Origin: an uncultured Candidatus Poseidoniales archaeon
GTDB lineage: Archaea; Thermoplasmatota; Poseidoniia; Poseidoniales; Poseidoniaceae
Length of the DNA: 64,000 nucleotides
Assembly (NCBI GenBank): GCA_902625885.1
Contig: CACODE010000005.1
Coordinates: 12,570 to 76,569 of the forward strand
Reading direction: 5' to 3'
Both the position numbers and the translations under genes were made by a program. Positions 41,152 to 49,748 of this stretch are shown here, piece after piece. Under the pieces are notes generated by a model that was given only the letters and a program-made list of their open reading frames with translations, made no database searches and had not been told where the DNA came from. The first letter of the stretch is position 1. Every line of letters starts with the position of its first letter.

Positions 41152-43642
41152 CGGTGGGCAAGGGCGGGAGTTGGTCCAACGGGATGAGGGCTGGGACCGG
41201 CTGGCTCATCCCGGGAGAATTCATCAGTTCAGTTTCTTTGTCAAAAACCAGTTGCTCCAGCAGTTGACTACGCCGGCGCGCGCCTTTCACAAGCAGCGCC
41301 CCAAGAGCGCCCAACAAAAACCCAGCCGACATAACGGCGTACGTTAACCACGATGCAGCAGGGTCCTCTCCCATAATGGCGATCGCCGCCGAAAGCCCGC
41401 CATAAGCATCTGACCAGCCATCGCCGTTCGCATCGGGACAACCTTGCACGTCTCGCTTCGACGACCCCGCCTCATCCGGACAATCGTCTCGGAAAGCTCC
41501 CAACGGCAAATCGCCGAAGCCGTCTTGGTCCGTGTCCTTCCACTGCAGAGCTTCGGTTGGGAAAGCGTCGGCCGACCCAAAGGGATGAGCGAGCCAAGCG
41601 TCCGTAGGGTCGGACCAGCCGTCGCCATCCGTGTCGCGGCAACCCAACCTGTCGAGAAGGGAAGTCCCCCGCATTTCTGGACACGCATCACCCTGGTGGC
41701 CTTCCGGGCGGTCTCCGAAACCGTCGCCGTCAGAGTCCCGCCACTGCGTCGGTTCGTGAATAAAAGCGTCTCCAAGGTCGGACCAACCATCCCCGTCTGT
41801 GTCCTTGCAGCCCCAGCGGTCGCCTCCTGAGGACGGTCCCACCGACGTGCCCGCTACCGACGGGCAAACATCAGCAGTCGTGCCGCGCGGGTTATCGCCT
41901 CGACCGTCGCCGTCCATATCGTGCCACTGCGTTGCATCTTCTGGCCATGCATCTCCTGAACCGCCCGGGCTTGCGAGCCACGTAGAGGTCGGATCGGACC
42001 AACCGTCGCCATCGCCGTCTGGGCAACCCCACCGGTCGAAGGTTGAGGCGCCTTCCGTGGTTCTGCAACCGTCGGGCCTGTAGGATGGACGCCACGTTTG
42101 CCCGTCGTAATACTCGGTATTGTCGCCGTATCCGTCGTCATCGGTATCGTGCCACTGCGAAGCGTCATCGGGAAAGGCATCGGCGAAGCCGCCCGGGTGC
42201 GCCATCCATGTATCGGTAGGGTCGGAGAAACCGTCCTTGTCCACGTCGCGACAGCCGAGGCGATCGAACCGGCTTATCCAGCCTGAGTCGACCTCCTCCG
42301 GGGTGGATTGCATGCAGACGTCGCCCTCAAAACCGGTGAGGTTATCGCCATACCCGTCACCGTCCGAATCTCGATATTGTGAGGCAACGAAGGGGAAATC
42401 ATCCACCTGGGTTGCTCCGTAAGTCTGGTTGTCGCCCCAACCGTCCTCGTCGGTGTCCCTCCACTGCGTTGGGTTCAGGGGGAAATCATCAATTCGCTGC
42501 GCTCCTATCGTTTGGTTGTCTCCCCAACCGTCGCGGTCCGTGTCCAACCACTGGGTCGGTTCGAGCGGAAAGGCATCGGAGCCGTTGGCGATGGTCCAGT
42601 TTTCATCGCCGTCCGAAAACGTGTCAAGGTCGGTATCAACACAGCCGAAGCGATCCGAGGAGGAAGTGCCGCGAATGAAAGGGCAGGCATCGGGTTGCGA
42701 GGCGTTGTCGACAAACTGACCGATGTCCCAAAGGGCTCGAGTGGTGTTCAGCGAAGGGTCGTCCCAATTGTCACCGTAGCCGTCCTCGTCGGTGTCGTTC
42801 CACTGAGACACATCGTTGAGAAAAGCGTCCGCTTTGCCGACAGGATGGGCGTACCACGGCTCGTAGCCGTTCAAACCACCCGGGTCCGGGTCGGAGAACG
42901 AATCGCCATCCGAATCCAAGCAGCCAAACCGGTCGGAAGAGGAGTAACCACGGCTAAACTTGCAGTGATCGCCCTCAAAACCGTCCAAGTTGTCCCCGTA
43001 CCCGTCGTTATCGGAATCAAGCCATTGCGTTGGTTCAGAAGCGAAGGCATCGGCCCCGTTTTGGACGCCCCAGCCGCTGTCAGGATCGGACCATCCATCC
43101 CCGTCGCTGTCGGTGCACCCGGAGCGGTCGTTGGTGGAAGTCCCCACCAGGCTAACGCAGTCGTCGCCCGTGTCCACAAAGCCGTCCTCGTCGGAATCCC
43201 GATTCGTTTTATCGATTGAGGGGGTCAGTGTGTAATCGAAACCGTCGTTGCACCACGAATCCTTGGCTTCGATTTTCAACAAAATTTCGCCAGCGGTTGA
43301 CAGCGTGGTCGAGAGGGTCGCTGTGGGGTTGCCGTCGTCGACATTTTGGGTAACGGAACCCATCGTGAAGGTGCCTTCCCAACCGTCGTTGATGCACCAC
43401 CAAGCGGGGTTACTCATGCTTCCAGAAAACGAAACGCTGACGATGTCACCCATTTTTCCTTGAATCTTCCAGTAGTCGGTTTTGTCTCGCGGCGAGCACC
43501 CATCCGGGTCGCAAACATAACCGCTGGACGAAACCCCGTCGGTGAGCCCGTTGGCGCTGGTCGGGCTGTCGTCAGCGCTGGCAAAAGGAAGTTGCAGAAG
43601 GGCGAGCCCGAGAAGGATCGCTACAGCAAACCTACGGGCCAT
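41126..43642 (-). CDS. secreted, C-terminally anchored TSP3-repeat protein (838 aa) with an N-terminal PPC-like domain
   Basis: Signal peptide MARRFAVAILLGLALLQLPFASA. PPC-like DKTDYWKIQG...LLKIEA. Nine (T/S)QWxDxDxDGxGDN units alternate with eight GCxDxDGDGWSDP units. C-terminal TM plus a Pro-rich tail (LPPLP). Confidence 0.8.
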   Translation of the reverse strand: MARRFAVAILLGLALLQLPFASADDSPTSANGLTDGVSSSGYVCDPDGCSPRDKTDYWKIQGKMGDIVSVSFSGSMSNPAWWCINDGWEGTFTMGSVTQNVDDGNPTATLSTTLSTAGEILLKIEAKDSWCNDGFDYTLTPSIDKTNRDSDEDGFVDTGDDCVSLVGTSTNDRSGCTDSDGDGWSDPDSGWGVQNGADAFASEPTQWLDSDNDGYGDNLDGFEGDHCKFSRGYSSSDRFGCLDSDGDSFSDPDPGGLNGYEPWYAHPVGKADAFLNDVSQWNDTDEDGYGDNWDDPSLNTTRALWDIGQFVDNASQPDACPFIRGTSSSDRFGCVDTDLDTFSDGDENWTIANGSDAFPLEPTQWLDTDRDGWGDNQTIGAQRIDDFPLNPTQWRDTDEDGWGDNQTYGATQVDDFPFVASQYRDSDGDGYGDNLTGFEGDVCMQSTPEEVDSGWISRFDRLGCRDVDKDGFSDPTDTWMAHPGGFADAFPDDASQWHDTDDDGYGDNTEYYDGQTWRPSYRPDGCRTTEGASTFDRWGCPDGDGDGWSDPTSTWLASPGGSGDAWPEDATQWHDMDGDGRGDNPRGTTADVCPSVAGTSVGPSSGGDRWGCKDTDGDGWSDLGDAFIHEPTQWRDSDGDGFGDRPEGHQGDACPEMRGTSLLDRLGCRDTDGDGWSDPTDAWLAHPFGSADAFPTEALQWKDTDQDGFGDLPLGAFRDDCPDEAGSSKRDVQGCPDANGDGWSDAYGGLSAAIAIMGEDPAASWLTYAVMSAGFLLGALGALLVKGARRRSQLLEQLVFDKETELMNSPGMSQPVPALIPLDQLPPLPTVAGGEADD
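41405..43201 (-). repeat. intragenic alternating TSP3-like Ca-binding repeats
   Basis: Repeat units counted in the translated ORF (aa 148-746). Confidence 0.7.
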
Positions 43643-43673
43643 GTTCGCCCATGGTGTAGCGGATTATCAAAAG

Positions 43674-43688
43674 CACCCCTACGGGGTG
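43674..43688 (-). terminator. hairpin CACCCC-GUA-GGGGUG followed by CUUUUG, 6 nt after the stop of the SRPBCC-SDR gene and 31 nt before the 838-aa gene ATG
   Basis: Perfect 6-bp stem with a 3-nt loop and a U-tract on the minus strand. The adjacent TTTTGATAAT could serve as a TATA element for the downstream gene. Confidence 0.45.
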
Positions 43689-43694
43689 ATGCCT

Positions 43695-45095
43695 CTACTT
43701 TGGCAGTTTTTGCTTGCCGAGGCACTGGCGCAAACAGGATTCCAGTCCTTCGTGTTGAAAGGTAAAACCGCTCTCAAGCAGACGCTTGGGTTGCACGCGC
43801 TGGCCCTCCAAAAGGAGGGCTTGAGCAAGTTCACCGAACATGATTTTGAGAACGAAGCCGGGGGCTGGAGCGAACCATGGACGAAGCAGTACCTTGGCCA
43901 GCGTCTTGGCGTATCGCTTCTGCGGGACGGGGTCCGGGGCAGTGAGGTTGTACGGCCCTTCGCACGAAGGGGTCATCATCAGGTGATACGTGGCGTAAAT
44001 ATGGTCGTGAAGCGATATCCACGAGATGTATTGACGCCCTCCACCAAGCGGCCCTCCCGCCCCCATGAGGGTCGGTAGCAGCATCGGTTTTAGGGCCCCA
44101 CCCATGGGCGTGGTGATGATGCCAGTCCGCAACCAAACGGTTCGTATGCCGAGCTTTTGCGCCGGGGCCGCCGCTGCCTCCCAAGCCTGAGCCATTTCAG
44201 AAAGAAAGCCGAGGCCCGATGGGGAATCTTCCGTCAGAGATTCCTCTTTCCGGTCGCCGTAAAAGCCCACGGCTGAACCGGACATGAAGGTCTTCGGTGG
44301 TTCGTCAAGCGTGCCGAAGAGGCGGACCAAATGTTCGGTTGGCACGATTCGGCTGGATTTGAGAAGGGCTTTCCGCTTGGCGTTCCAACGTTTGTCGCCA
44401 ATACCAGCGCCAGCGAGATGAATGACGGTGTCAAACCCTTCCAAACTGCCTTCGAGAACCTCGCCTGTCTGGTCGTTCCATTTGACACAAGCGTCGTTAC
44501 GTGCGTCGGGAGGGAGGGTTGTCTCGGGGCGAATAAGGCGAGTGATTTGGTGCCCTGCTGCTTGCAAAAAAGCGCAAAGTTGCATGCCGATGAGGCCGGT
44601 TGAGCCGCTCACCAAGACCCGTTGTTTTGGCTGTTCGCTGTACATAGCAATGCGTTTCAGGTCTTCTTGTACCCGCTGTGTCCGGTAAGCAAACATCTGG
44701 TTCATCCGTCCTTTCACGGTGAAAGGAGCTGTCCAAAACGTCAGCGGGTGAAACGGAAGTTTCCACTTAATCGTGTCGTGAATCTCGCTTGTTTCGGGGC
44801 CGGTGGAAACAAACCGATGCTCGTGGTCCCATGCCCCGAACGGACCTTTCTCCATGACATCGTTGAACACCTCACCCGCCACAACATCGTAATGTCGGGC
44901 AACCCACATCGGCCGAAGCGGGCCGAGTTGAACCCGAAATCGTGTCGTGGCGTCGCTGACCAAAGCGCCGGCTTCTATCGGGCGAATCCCTTCCCACTCC
45001 GGCATGATCCTCCTGAAAGCACCCGGGCTGTCGTACCACGCCCACACGTTTTCGACCGGAGCGTTGTAGGAGGCGACATGGGAAAATTCTGGCAT
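43695..45095 (-). CDS. SRPBCC-domain / YfcH-like (TIGR01777-type) NAD-dependent epimerase-family fusion with a DUF1731-like C-terminus
   Basis: N-terminal about 150-aa SRPBCC-like region. Rossmann motif VLVSGSTGLIGMQL. The C-terminal region is typical of the YfcH/SDR39U1 family. Confidence 0.7.
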   Translation of the reverse strand: MPEFSHVASYNAPVENVWAWYDSPGAFRRIMPEWEGIRPIEAGALVSDATTRFRVQLGPLRPMWVARHYDVVAGEVFNDVMEKGPFGAWDHEHRFVSTGPETSEIHDTIKWKLPFHPLTFWTAPFTVKGRMNQMFAYRTQRVQEDLKRIAMYSEQPKQRVLVSGSTGLIGMQLCAFLQAAGHQITRLIRPETTLPPDARNDACVKWNDQTGEVLEGSLEGFDTVIHLAGAGIGDKRWNAKRKALLKSSRIVPTEHLVRLFGTLDEPPKTFMSGSAVGFYGDRKEESLTEDSPSGLGFLSEMAQAWEAAAAPAQKLGIRTVWLRTGIITTPMGGALKPMLLPTLMGAGGPLGGGRQYISWISLHDHIYATYHLMMTPSCEGPYNLTAPDPVPQKRYAKTLAKVLLRPWFAPAPGFVLKIMFGELAQALLLEGQRVQPKRLLESGFTFQHEGLESCLRQCLGKQKLPK

Positions 45096-45104
45096 GGCTG
45101 TTCC

Positions 45105-46652
45105 TCATTGATGAGCTGAATAGAAAGAGGGGCCGGAACCCAAAACTTTCGATTGTTCGCCCGCTTTGTTGTACTTATCAACGTAGCCCTTGGTTTTGTA
45201 TTTTCGTGCGGTCGAGGCGCTGGTCATGCAACGAACCTTGCCGTAAACAGCCCGTTCGGTCCAGCCGCGATCAAACTTGCCCATCACCCACCCAATGCCC
45301 GTGTAGGAGTTCGGGTCCCGTCCGTCCAAAGCCCAACGGTCGTTCAGCGCAATCATCCATTTCATGGCGGTCTCGGGGTCTGGTGACCATTCCAAGATTT
45401 TCTTGCCCCAGAGCATTCGCAAGTAGTTGTGAATGATGCCCTCTTGCCTCAGTTGATTTTGAGCAGCGTTCCACAACGGGTCGTGAGTGTCCGCTTCTTC
45501 GAGTTGCTCAAAGGTGTAGAGATGAGGTCGCGTGTCCTTTTCGTGATCAGCAAGCGTGGCTTTGGCCCATTCGGGGAGGGATTCGTACTTGGTGTGGTTC
45601 TCAATCATGGCGCAGTGGATGAAACCAATATCACGCCAAGTGATGATTTGGTCCAAGAAGGCTTCAACCGGTTCGGGAAGGCCCCACCAGCCTTGACGGC
45701 GACCGTCGTTGGGCGGGTTCACCATGCTGACATCCCAGTGATGGTGGGTGAAGATATCGTGGAGAATGGCGTGGACGCTGATGTGGCCGTAATGCAACCA
45801 CGGGGAGAGGCCGCTCGCGCCACGCTCTTGTGGCTCGTTCCGCTTTTCGTGGTACACCTTCAGGCGGTCGGCGAAGAACTCTTTCCAGCGTCGTCGGCCT
45901 TCCACAAAGCCACCTTTCTTCCCTGGTACAGGTTGAACCTCATGGTCGATGCTCAGCGTGGATAGGGCTTCTCGTCCGATATCGCCGCCTTCGGATACGC
46001 GCCACAAGAATTCATACGGCGTCATCGGGGTGTTGGTTTGAGCAAAGATGGCCTTCGCCACAGCAGGGTCGAGTTCTGGTAGATCGGCGGCGTCTTCCAG
46101 GGGGCGGCGCTTGGGGAACTCGTGCATGTGTTCGCGGATGGTTTTGTGGAGGTGCCGTCGGAGCGAGTAGGCGGTTGAGAAGTCCCGTCCCTGCGCCCTC
46201 ATGGCCATGAACCCGTTGGAGTCTACAACATGAATCTCGCACGGGTTGACGGTCAAGGCTGTGTCAAGGACGTGTTTTGGATAGTAGGTTGGGTAGTCGT
46301 CTATGACGCACAGTCGAGCGTGCTCCAGCCATCCTTTGAGCAGTCCGGAGGCTTCCTTTCGCTTGGTTTCAACGTACGGGATGTAGGTGGCTCCCGTCTC
46401 GGAAAAGGCGGCCCTGTTGTCCACCATACCTTGGAGAACGAAGGTGGAGATTCGATCGTTTGCCCAGCGGTGTTGAAGGGCGAGGCACTCAATGACGACC
46501 AGCGGGAGGTTGTGTGTCTTGGCAAGGTCAACGGCGTGCTCGAGGGCGTGGTTCCACTGCGCTCGGCGGGCTGAGGTCATCCAATAAACGACGACATCCC
46601 CGTTCGGGTTCGGAACGCCGTGGATGCTGACACGACTGCTGGGAATCATCAA
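45105..46652 (-). CDS. phr: deoxyribodipyrimidine photolyase, class II
   Basis: N-terminal GDVVVYWMTSARRAQWNHALEHAV and C-terminal FAD-binding blocks (WNAAQNQL...GIIHNYLRMLWGKKILEW, NDRWALDGRDPNSYTGIGW) typical of class II CPD photolyases. Confidence 0.85.
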   Translation of the reverse strand: MMIPSSRVSIHGVPNPNGDVVVYWMTSARRAQWNHALEHAVDLAKTHNLPLVVIECLALQHRWANDRISTFVLQGMVDNRAAFSETGATYIPYVETKRKEASGLLKGWLEHARLCVIDDYPTYYPKHVLDTALTVNPCEIHVVDSNGFMAMRAQGRDFSTAYSLRRHLHKTIREHMHEFPKRRPLEDAADLPELDPAVAKAIFAQTNTPMTPYEFLWRVSEGGDIGREALSTLSIDHEVQPVPGKKGGFVEGRRRWKEFFADRLKVYHEKRNEPQERGASGLSPWLHYGHISVHAILHDIFTHHHWDVSMVNPPNDGRRQGWWGLPEPVEAFLDQIITWRDIGFIHCAMIENHTKYESLPEWAKATLADHEKDTRPHLYTFEQLEEADTHDPLWNAAQNQLRQEGIIHNYLRMLWGKKILEWSPDPETAMKWMIALNDRWALDGRDPNSYTGIGWVMGKFDRGWTERAVYGKVRCMTSASTARKYKTKGYVDKYNKAGEQSKVLGSGPSFYSAHQ

Positions 46653-47149
46653 GCACCACCTCGTGAAACGGTTTCTGTTTTGCTTGTGCGGTACACGGCA
46701 TAGGGATTGGTGCGCTGCGTGAGGCCGGCTTGGCTGCGCATCAGCGACCGGCTTGTCAAGCCGTCAATGGCGAGTTGGTGCATGGTTTCAGAGACCCATG
46801 CCACGGTGGAGCACTCGGTCAGTGTAAACCAGCGGCTTGAAGCGATTTCCTCGTTGCTGTGGTCACTGACATAGTTGTCAACCAGCACATCGTAGCAGAG
46901 AAACACGGCGGGCTCGTCTTTTCTAAGCGCCGTTCGAACACCCGCCAAGCCCAGCACCTTTCCGTCATGACCGGTCTCTTCCTTGAGCTCCCGCAGCGAG
47001 GCTTCTTCGGGGCTTTCACCCGAATCCACCTGCCCTTTGGGAAATCCCCACATGCCTTTGTGGGGGCCTGTGGCTTCCTGCACGAGCAGGACTCGGTCAT
47101 CTCGCACCACCCTGGCGGCGACGCCCAAATCACAGAGTAAACTGGCCAT
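46649..47149 (-). CDS. Nudix hydrolase
   Basis: Nudix box GFPKGQVDSGESPEEASLRELKEETG. ATGA overlap with the photolyase start. Confidence 0.8.
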   Translation of the reverse strand: MASLLCDLGVAARVVRDDRVLLVQEATGPHKGMWGFPKGQVDSGESPEEASLRELKEETGHDGKVLGLAGVRTALRKDEPAVFLCYDVLVDNYVSDHSNEEIASSRWFTLTECSTVAWVSETMHQLAIDGLTSRSLMRSQAGLTQRTNPYAVYRTSKTETVSRGGA

Positions 47150-47215
47150 CGTCCTAGATTTTCCTCACCCAGTATATGAATCACGGTTTGTGCCCCTGTA
47201 AGAAAAAGACGAGTG

Positions 47216-47223
47216 TTTATATA
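47216..47223 (+). promoter_or_regulatory. consensus archaeal TATA box TTTATATA for ribA (leaderless)
   Basis: Perfect TTTATATA preceded by a purine-rich BRE-like AGAAAAAGACGAG, 30 nt upstream of the ATG at 47246. The opposite strand has TTCATATACT (47171-47180) about 25 nt upstream of the Nudix ATG. Confidence 0.6.
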
Positions 47224-47245
47224 CAAACTCGTTAGATTTTGTAAC

Positions 47246-47854
47246 ATGGAAGGCCTACAGAAAAACCACGTAAGTCAAGCACCCGCTGCTGACGCAACAC
47301 TGCCCACCGAATTTGGAGATTTTCGAATTCGTGCGTTCCGAGATCCATCCGACGGCAAGGAACATGCTATTCTTTACCTGGGTGACCTTACGCAAGGTTC
47401 CCCTTTGGTTCGCGTCCACTCCGAGTGCCTGACCGGTGACGCCTTTCATTCGCTACGTTGCGACTGTGGACCCCAACTTCAGGCTTCCATGAAGGCCATC
47501 CAAGAGCGCGGTCAGGGCGCCATCGCTTACATGCGACAGGAAGGTCGAGGCATCGGACTTTACTCCAAGATGCAGGCCTATGCGCTGCAGGACACCGGCA
47601 TGGACACGCTCGACGCAAACCTGGCCCTCGGCCTTCCAGCAGACGCTCGAAGGTACGACTTTGCTGCAGAGATGTTGTACTCGATGGGCATCAAATCCAT
47701 TGAGTTGGTCACCAACAATCCTGACAAAAGGCACCAACTCCAAAAATACGGCATTGATGTTTCCAACCGAGTGCCGATTATTGTTGGCCAGTGCGCTCAC
47801 AACGCCAACTACATGGAAACGAAAGCGGCGAGAATGGGACACATCCTACCCTGA
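47246..47854 (+). CDS. ribA: GTP cyclohydrolase II
   Basis: VHSECLTGDAFHSLRCDCGPQL zinc motif, YMRQEGRGIGL, and DxRxY block. The ATG at 47246 fits the TATA spacing; the GTG at 47213 lies inside the TATA region. Confidence 0.85.
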   Translation: MEGLQKNHVSQAPAADATLPTEFGDFRIRAFRDPSDGKEHAILYLGDLTQGSPLVRVHSECLTGDAFHSLRCDCGPQLQASMKAIQERGQGAIAYMRQEGRGIGLYSKMQAYALQDTGMDTLDANLALGLPADARRYDFAAEMLYSMGIKSIELVTNNPDKRHQLQKYGIDVSNRVPIIVGQCAHNANYMETKAARMGHILP

Positions 47855-47866
47855 AGAGGTCTACCG

Positions 47867-48334
47867 ATGAGAACGAACATTGTCGGTCAGGAGGTTCCTC
47901 GCTTTTCGTTGGAAAACGAACACGGCGAAGCCTTTGACAGCACTTCTCTCGACGGTTCATGGCGGATCATCTTCTTCTATTCCAGAAACAATTCCCCTAC
48001 CTGCAAGCGCGGGTGCCTGACCTTCAAAGAACAGCACGACCTGTTCGCCTCTGTCGGATGCTCAATCGTCGGTATTGGGCCGGGGACAACCGAAGAACTC
48101 GCTGGATTCAAGGCCTCGATTGGCGACCTACCTTTCCCCTTGCTTGCCGACCCTGACCGAATTGTTGGGAAAATGTTCAGCGTGCCGGTCCACCTTGGTC
48201 AGTTCCCAGCCAAATCCTCTTTCCTGATCGGCCCGGACAACAAAATTCAGTACGTGTACGACTGGTTGTTCCGGCCTCGCCGCCACGTTGCCAAAATTCT
48301 TGGCGACATCTCACAAGTACGGGGGGACAACTGA
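47867..48334 (+). CDS. bcp: peroxiredoxin, Bcp/PrxQ-like (thioredoxin fold)
   Basis: FFYSRNNSPTCKRGC (PxxxTxxC-type peroxidatic Cys with a nearby second Cys), about 155 aa. Confidence 0.65.
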   Translation: MRTNIVGQEVPRFSLENEHGEAFDSTSLDGSWRIIFFYSRNNSPTCKRGCLTFKEQHDLFASVGCSIVGIGPGTTEELAGFKASIGDLPFPLLADPDRIVGKMFSVPVHLGQFPAKSSFLIGPDNKIQYVYDWLFRPRRHVAKILGDISQVRGDN

Positions 48335-49735
48335 ATGTGGGACGAACTCCTTCTCGAGGCCGGCCTCAACGAGCGCGAAGTCCGCTCCATCATGATCCTC
48401 GGTTCGCGGCCCAAAATGAAGGCCTCCGAACTGGCAAAGGAACTCAACACCACCCGATTGGACGCCTACAACAGCCTCTCTCGGCTTCAGGAAATGGGCA
48501 TCGTCACCGCTACCGCCGACCGCCCGATGCTCTTCTCCAGCCTTCGCATCAACGAGGCCATGGAACACATCATCCAATCGAGAAAACAGCAACTTGACCG
48601 CTTGGTTGACGGGTTTGAAGAACTCTCAAAGGGGATCACGGAAACCGATGACTCCTACGAGAAACAACGTCGGGACATCGATGATCCGCGATTCGCTGTG
48701 CTGAAGGAGCGAACCCACATCTACAACCGACTCCAAAAAATGGCCAACGACGCTGAAGAGCGCCTAATTTTGCTGTTGGGTCAGTTTGGTATTCTCCACC
48801 TTTGCAGAAGCCCAGATGCTCTGGAAGCGGTCAACACCGCCGCCGTGCGCGGTGTGGTCGTTCAAATCATCACCCACCTCGACGGCCGTACCCTCAGGTT
48901 CTTTGACCAACTTGACAAGAGCATCGACGTTCGGCATTCCGATGAATTGGATTCGCTTGGCTTTGTTCAGGACCAATCGGAAGTCATTCAGTACCTCAAC
49001 ATCGAGGACAACCCCGTAGGACGGGGCAAAGAAGACGCTGCTCTTATCATCGAATCAGGCCCCTTTTCCCAAGCACACTTGCACCTCATTGACGCCATCT
49101 GGGAAGGTGCCGTTCCGCTGGCCACTGCGCGAGCAAGATTTACTGAAAACCAAATCAACGACCCGCTGCGTCTAACCATTGGCGAAGGTTCGTTCTTGAA
49201 GAACGTCTCCGTTGCGTTGGGTTTTGATGGTCAACTCCCTGAAGAGGACACACCGTTTGATCCTGATGCCTTTTTCGCTGCAGGTCACGAAGTGAACGAA
49301 GCCAGAATGCGCCTTACGGAGGGCAAGCTCTCCAACCTGAAGGTGCTCGGCATTGACATCGGCAGAATGCTTCGCCAAATCGGCAATCGAGTCGGTCAGG
49401 AGATTGCTTTCTCCCTGCGCTCCATCGACAACGACATCGAATTCCTTGACGAGATGATGGACTGGTGGGAACACGCTGGCTTGGGACTGCTTCAATACGA
49501 TGTTGACCCCCAGTTCCATGTGGTCGTTGGCCTCAACCACCCGCCGGTGGAAGACCCCGATGCTTTGCCCATGTGGGAGATGGACGACGGCATCATCGAA
49601 GGGGCCCTATCGACACGGTTTGCGAAAGAAGCCAACGTGGTGATACAGAGGGTGGAAGGCAGCGGTATCAAAGACGACCTCTGGCGCTACCTCATTCACC
49701 GACACGAACTGAACACGATTGAACTTGTAGATTGA
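48335..49735 (+). CDS. TrmB-family transcriptional regulator with an extended C-terminal (possibly V4R-like) ligand-binding region
   Basis: N-terminal wHTH LLEAGLNEREVRSIMILG...ASELAKELNTTRLDAYNSLSRLQEMGIV. The TrmB-like middle domain and the C-terminal domain assignment are tentative. Confidence 0.6.
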   Translation: MWDELLLEAGLNEREVRSIMILGSRPKMKASELAKELNTTRLDAYNSLSRLQEMGIVTATADRPMLFSSLRINEAMEHIIQSRKQQLDRLVDGFEELSKGITETDDSYEKQRRDIDDPRFAVLKERTHIYNRLQKMANDAEERLILLLGQFGILHLCRSPDALEAVNTAAVRGVVVQIITHLDGRTLRFFDQLDKSIDVRHSDELDSLGFVQDQSEVIQYLNIEDNPVGRGKEDAALIIESGPFSQAHLHLIDAIWEGAVPLATARARFTENQINDPLRLTIGEGSFLKNVSVALGFDGQLPEEDTPFDPDAFFAAGHEVNEARMRLTEGKLSNLKVLGIDIGRMLRQIGNRVGQEIAFSLRSIDNDIEFLDEMMDWWEHAGLGLLQYDVDPQFHVVVGLNHPPVEDPDALPMWEMDDGIIEGALSTRFAKEANVVIQRVEGSGIKDDLWRYLIHRHELNTIELVD

Positions 49736-49748
49736 GGAGGTTCATCCC

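Noticed and set aside
43645-43700. tRNA-like stretch (GGTGTAGCGG D-arm look-alike) between the SRPBCC-SDR and 838-aa genes
   Set aside because: No cloverleaf can be drawn. The only strong helix is a 6-bp stem with a 3-nt loop, and there is no GTTCRANYC T-arm or matching acceptor stem. It is better explained as a terminator-like hairpin.
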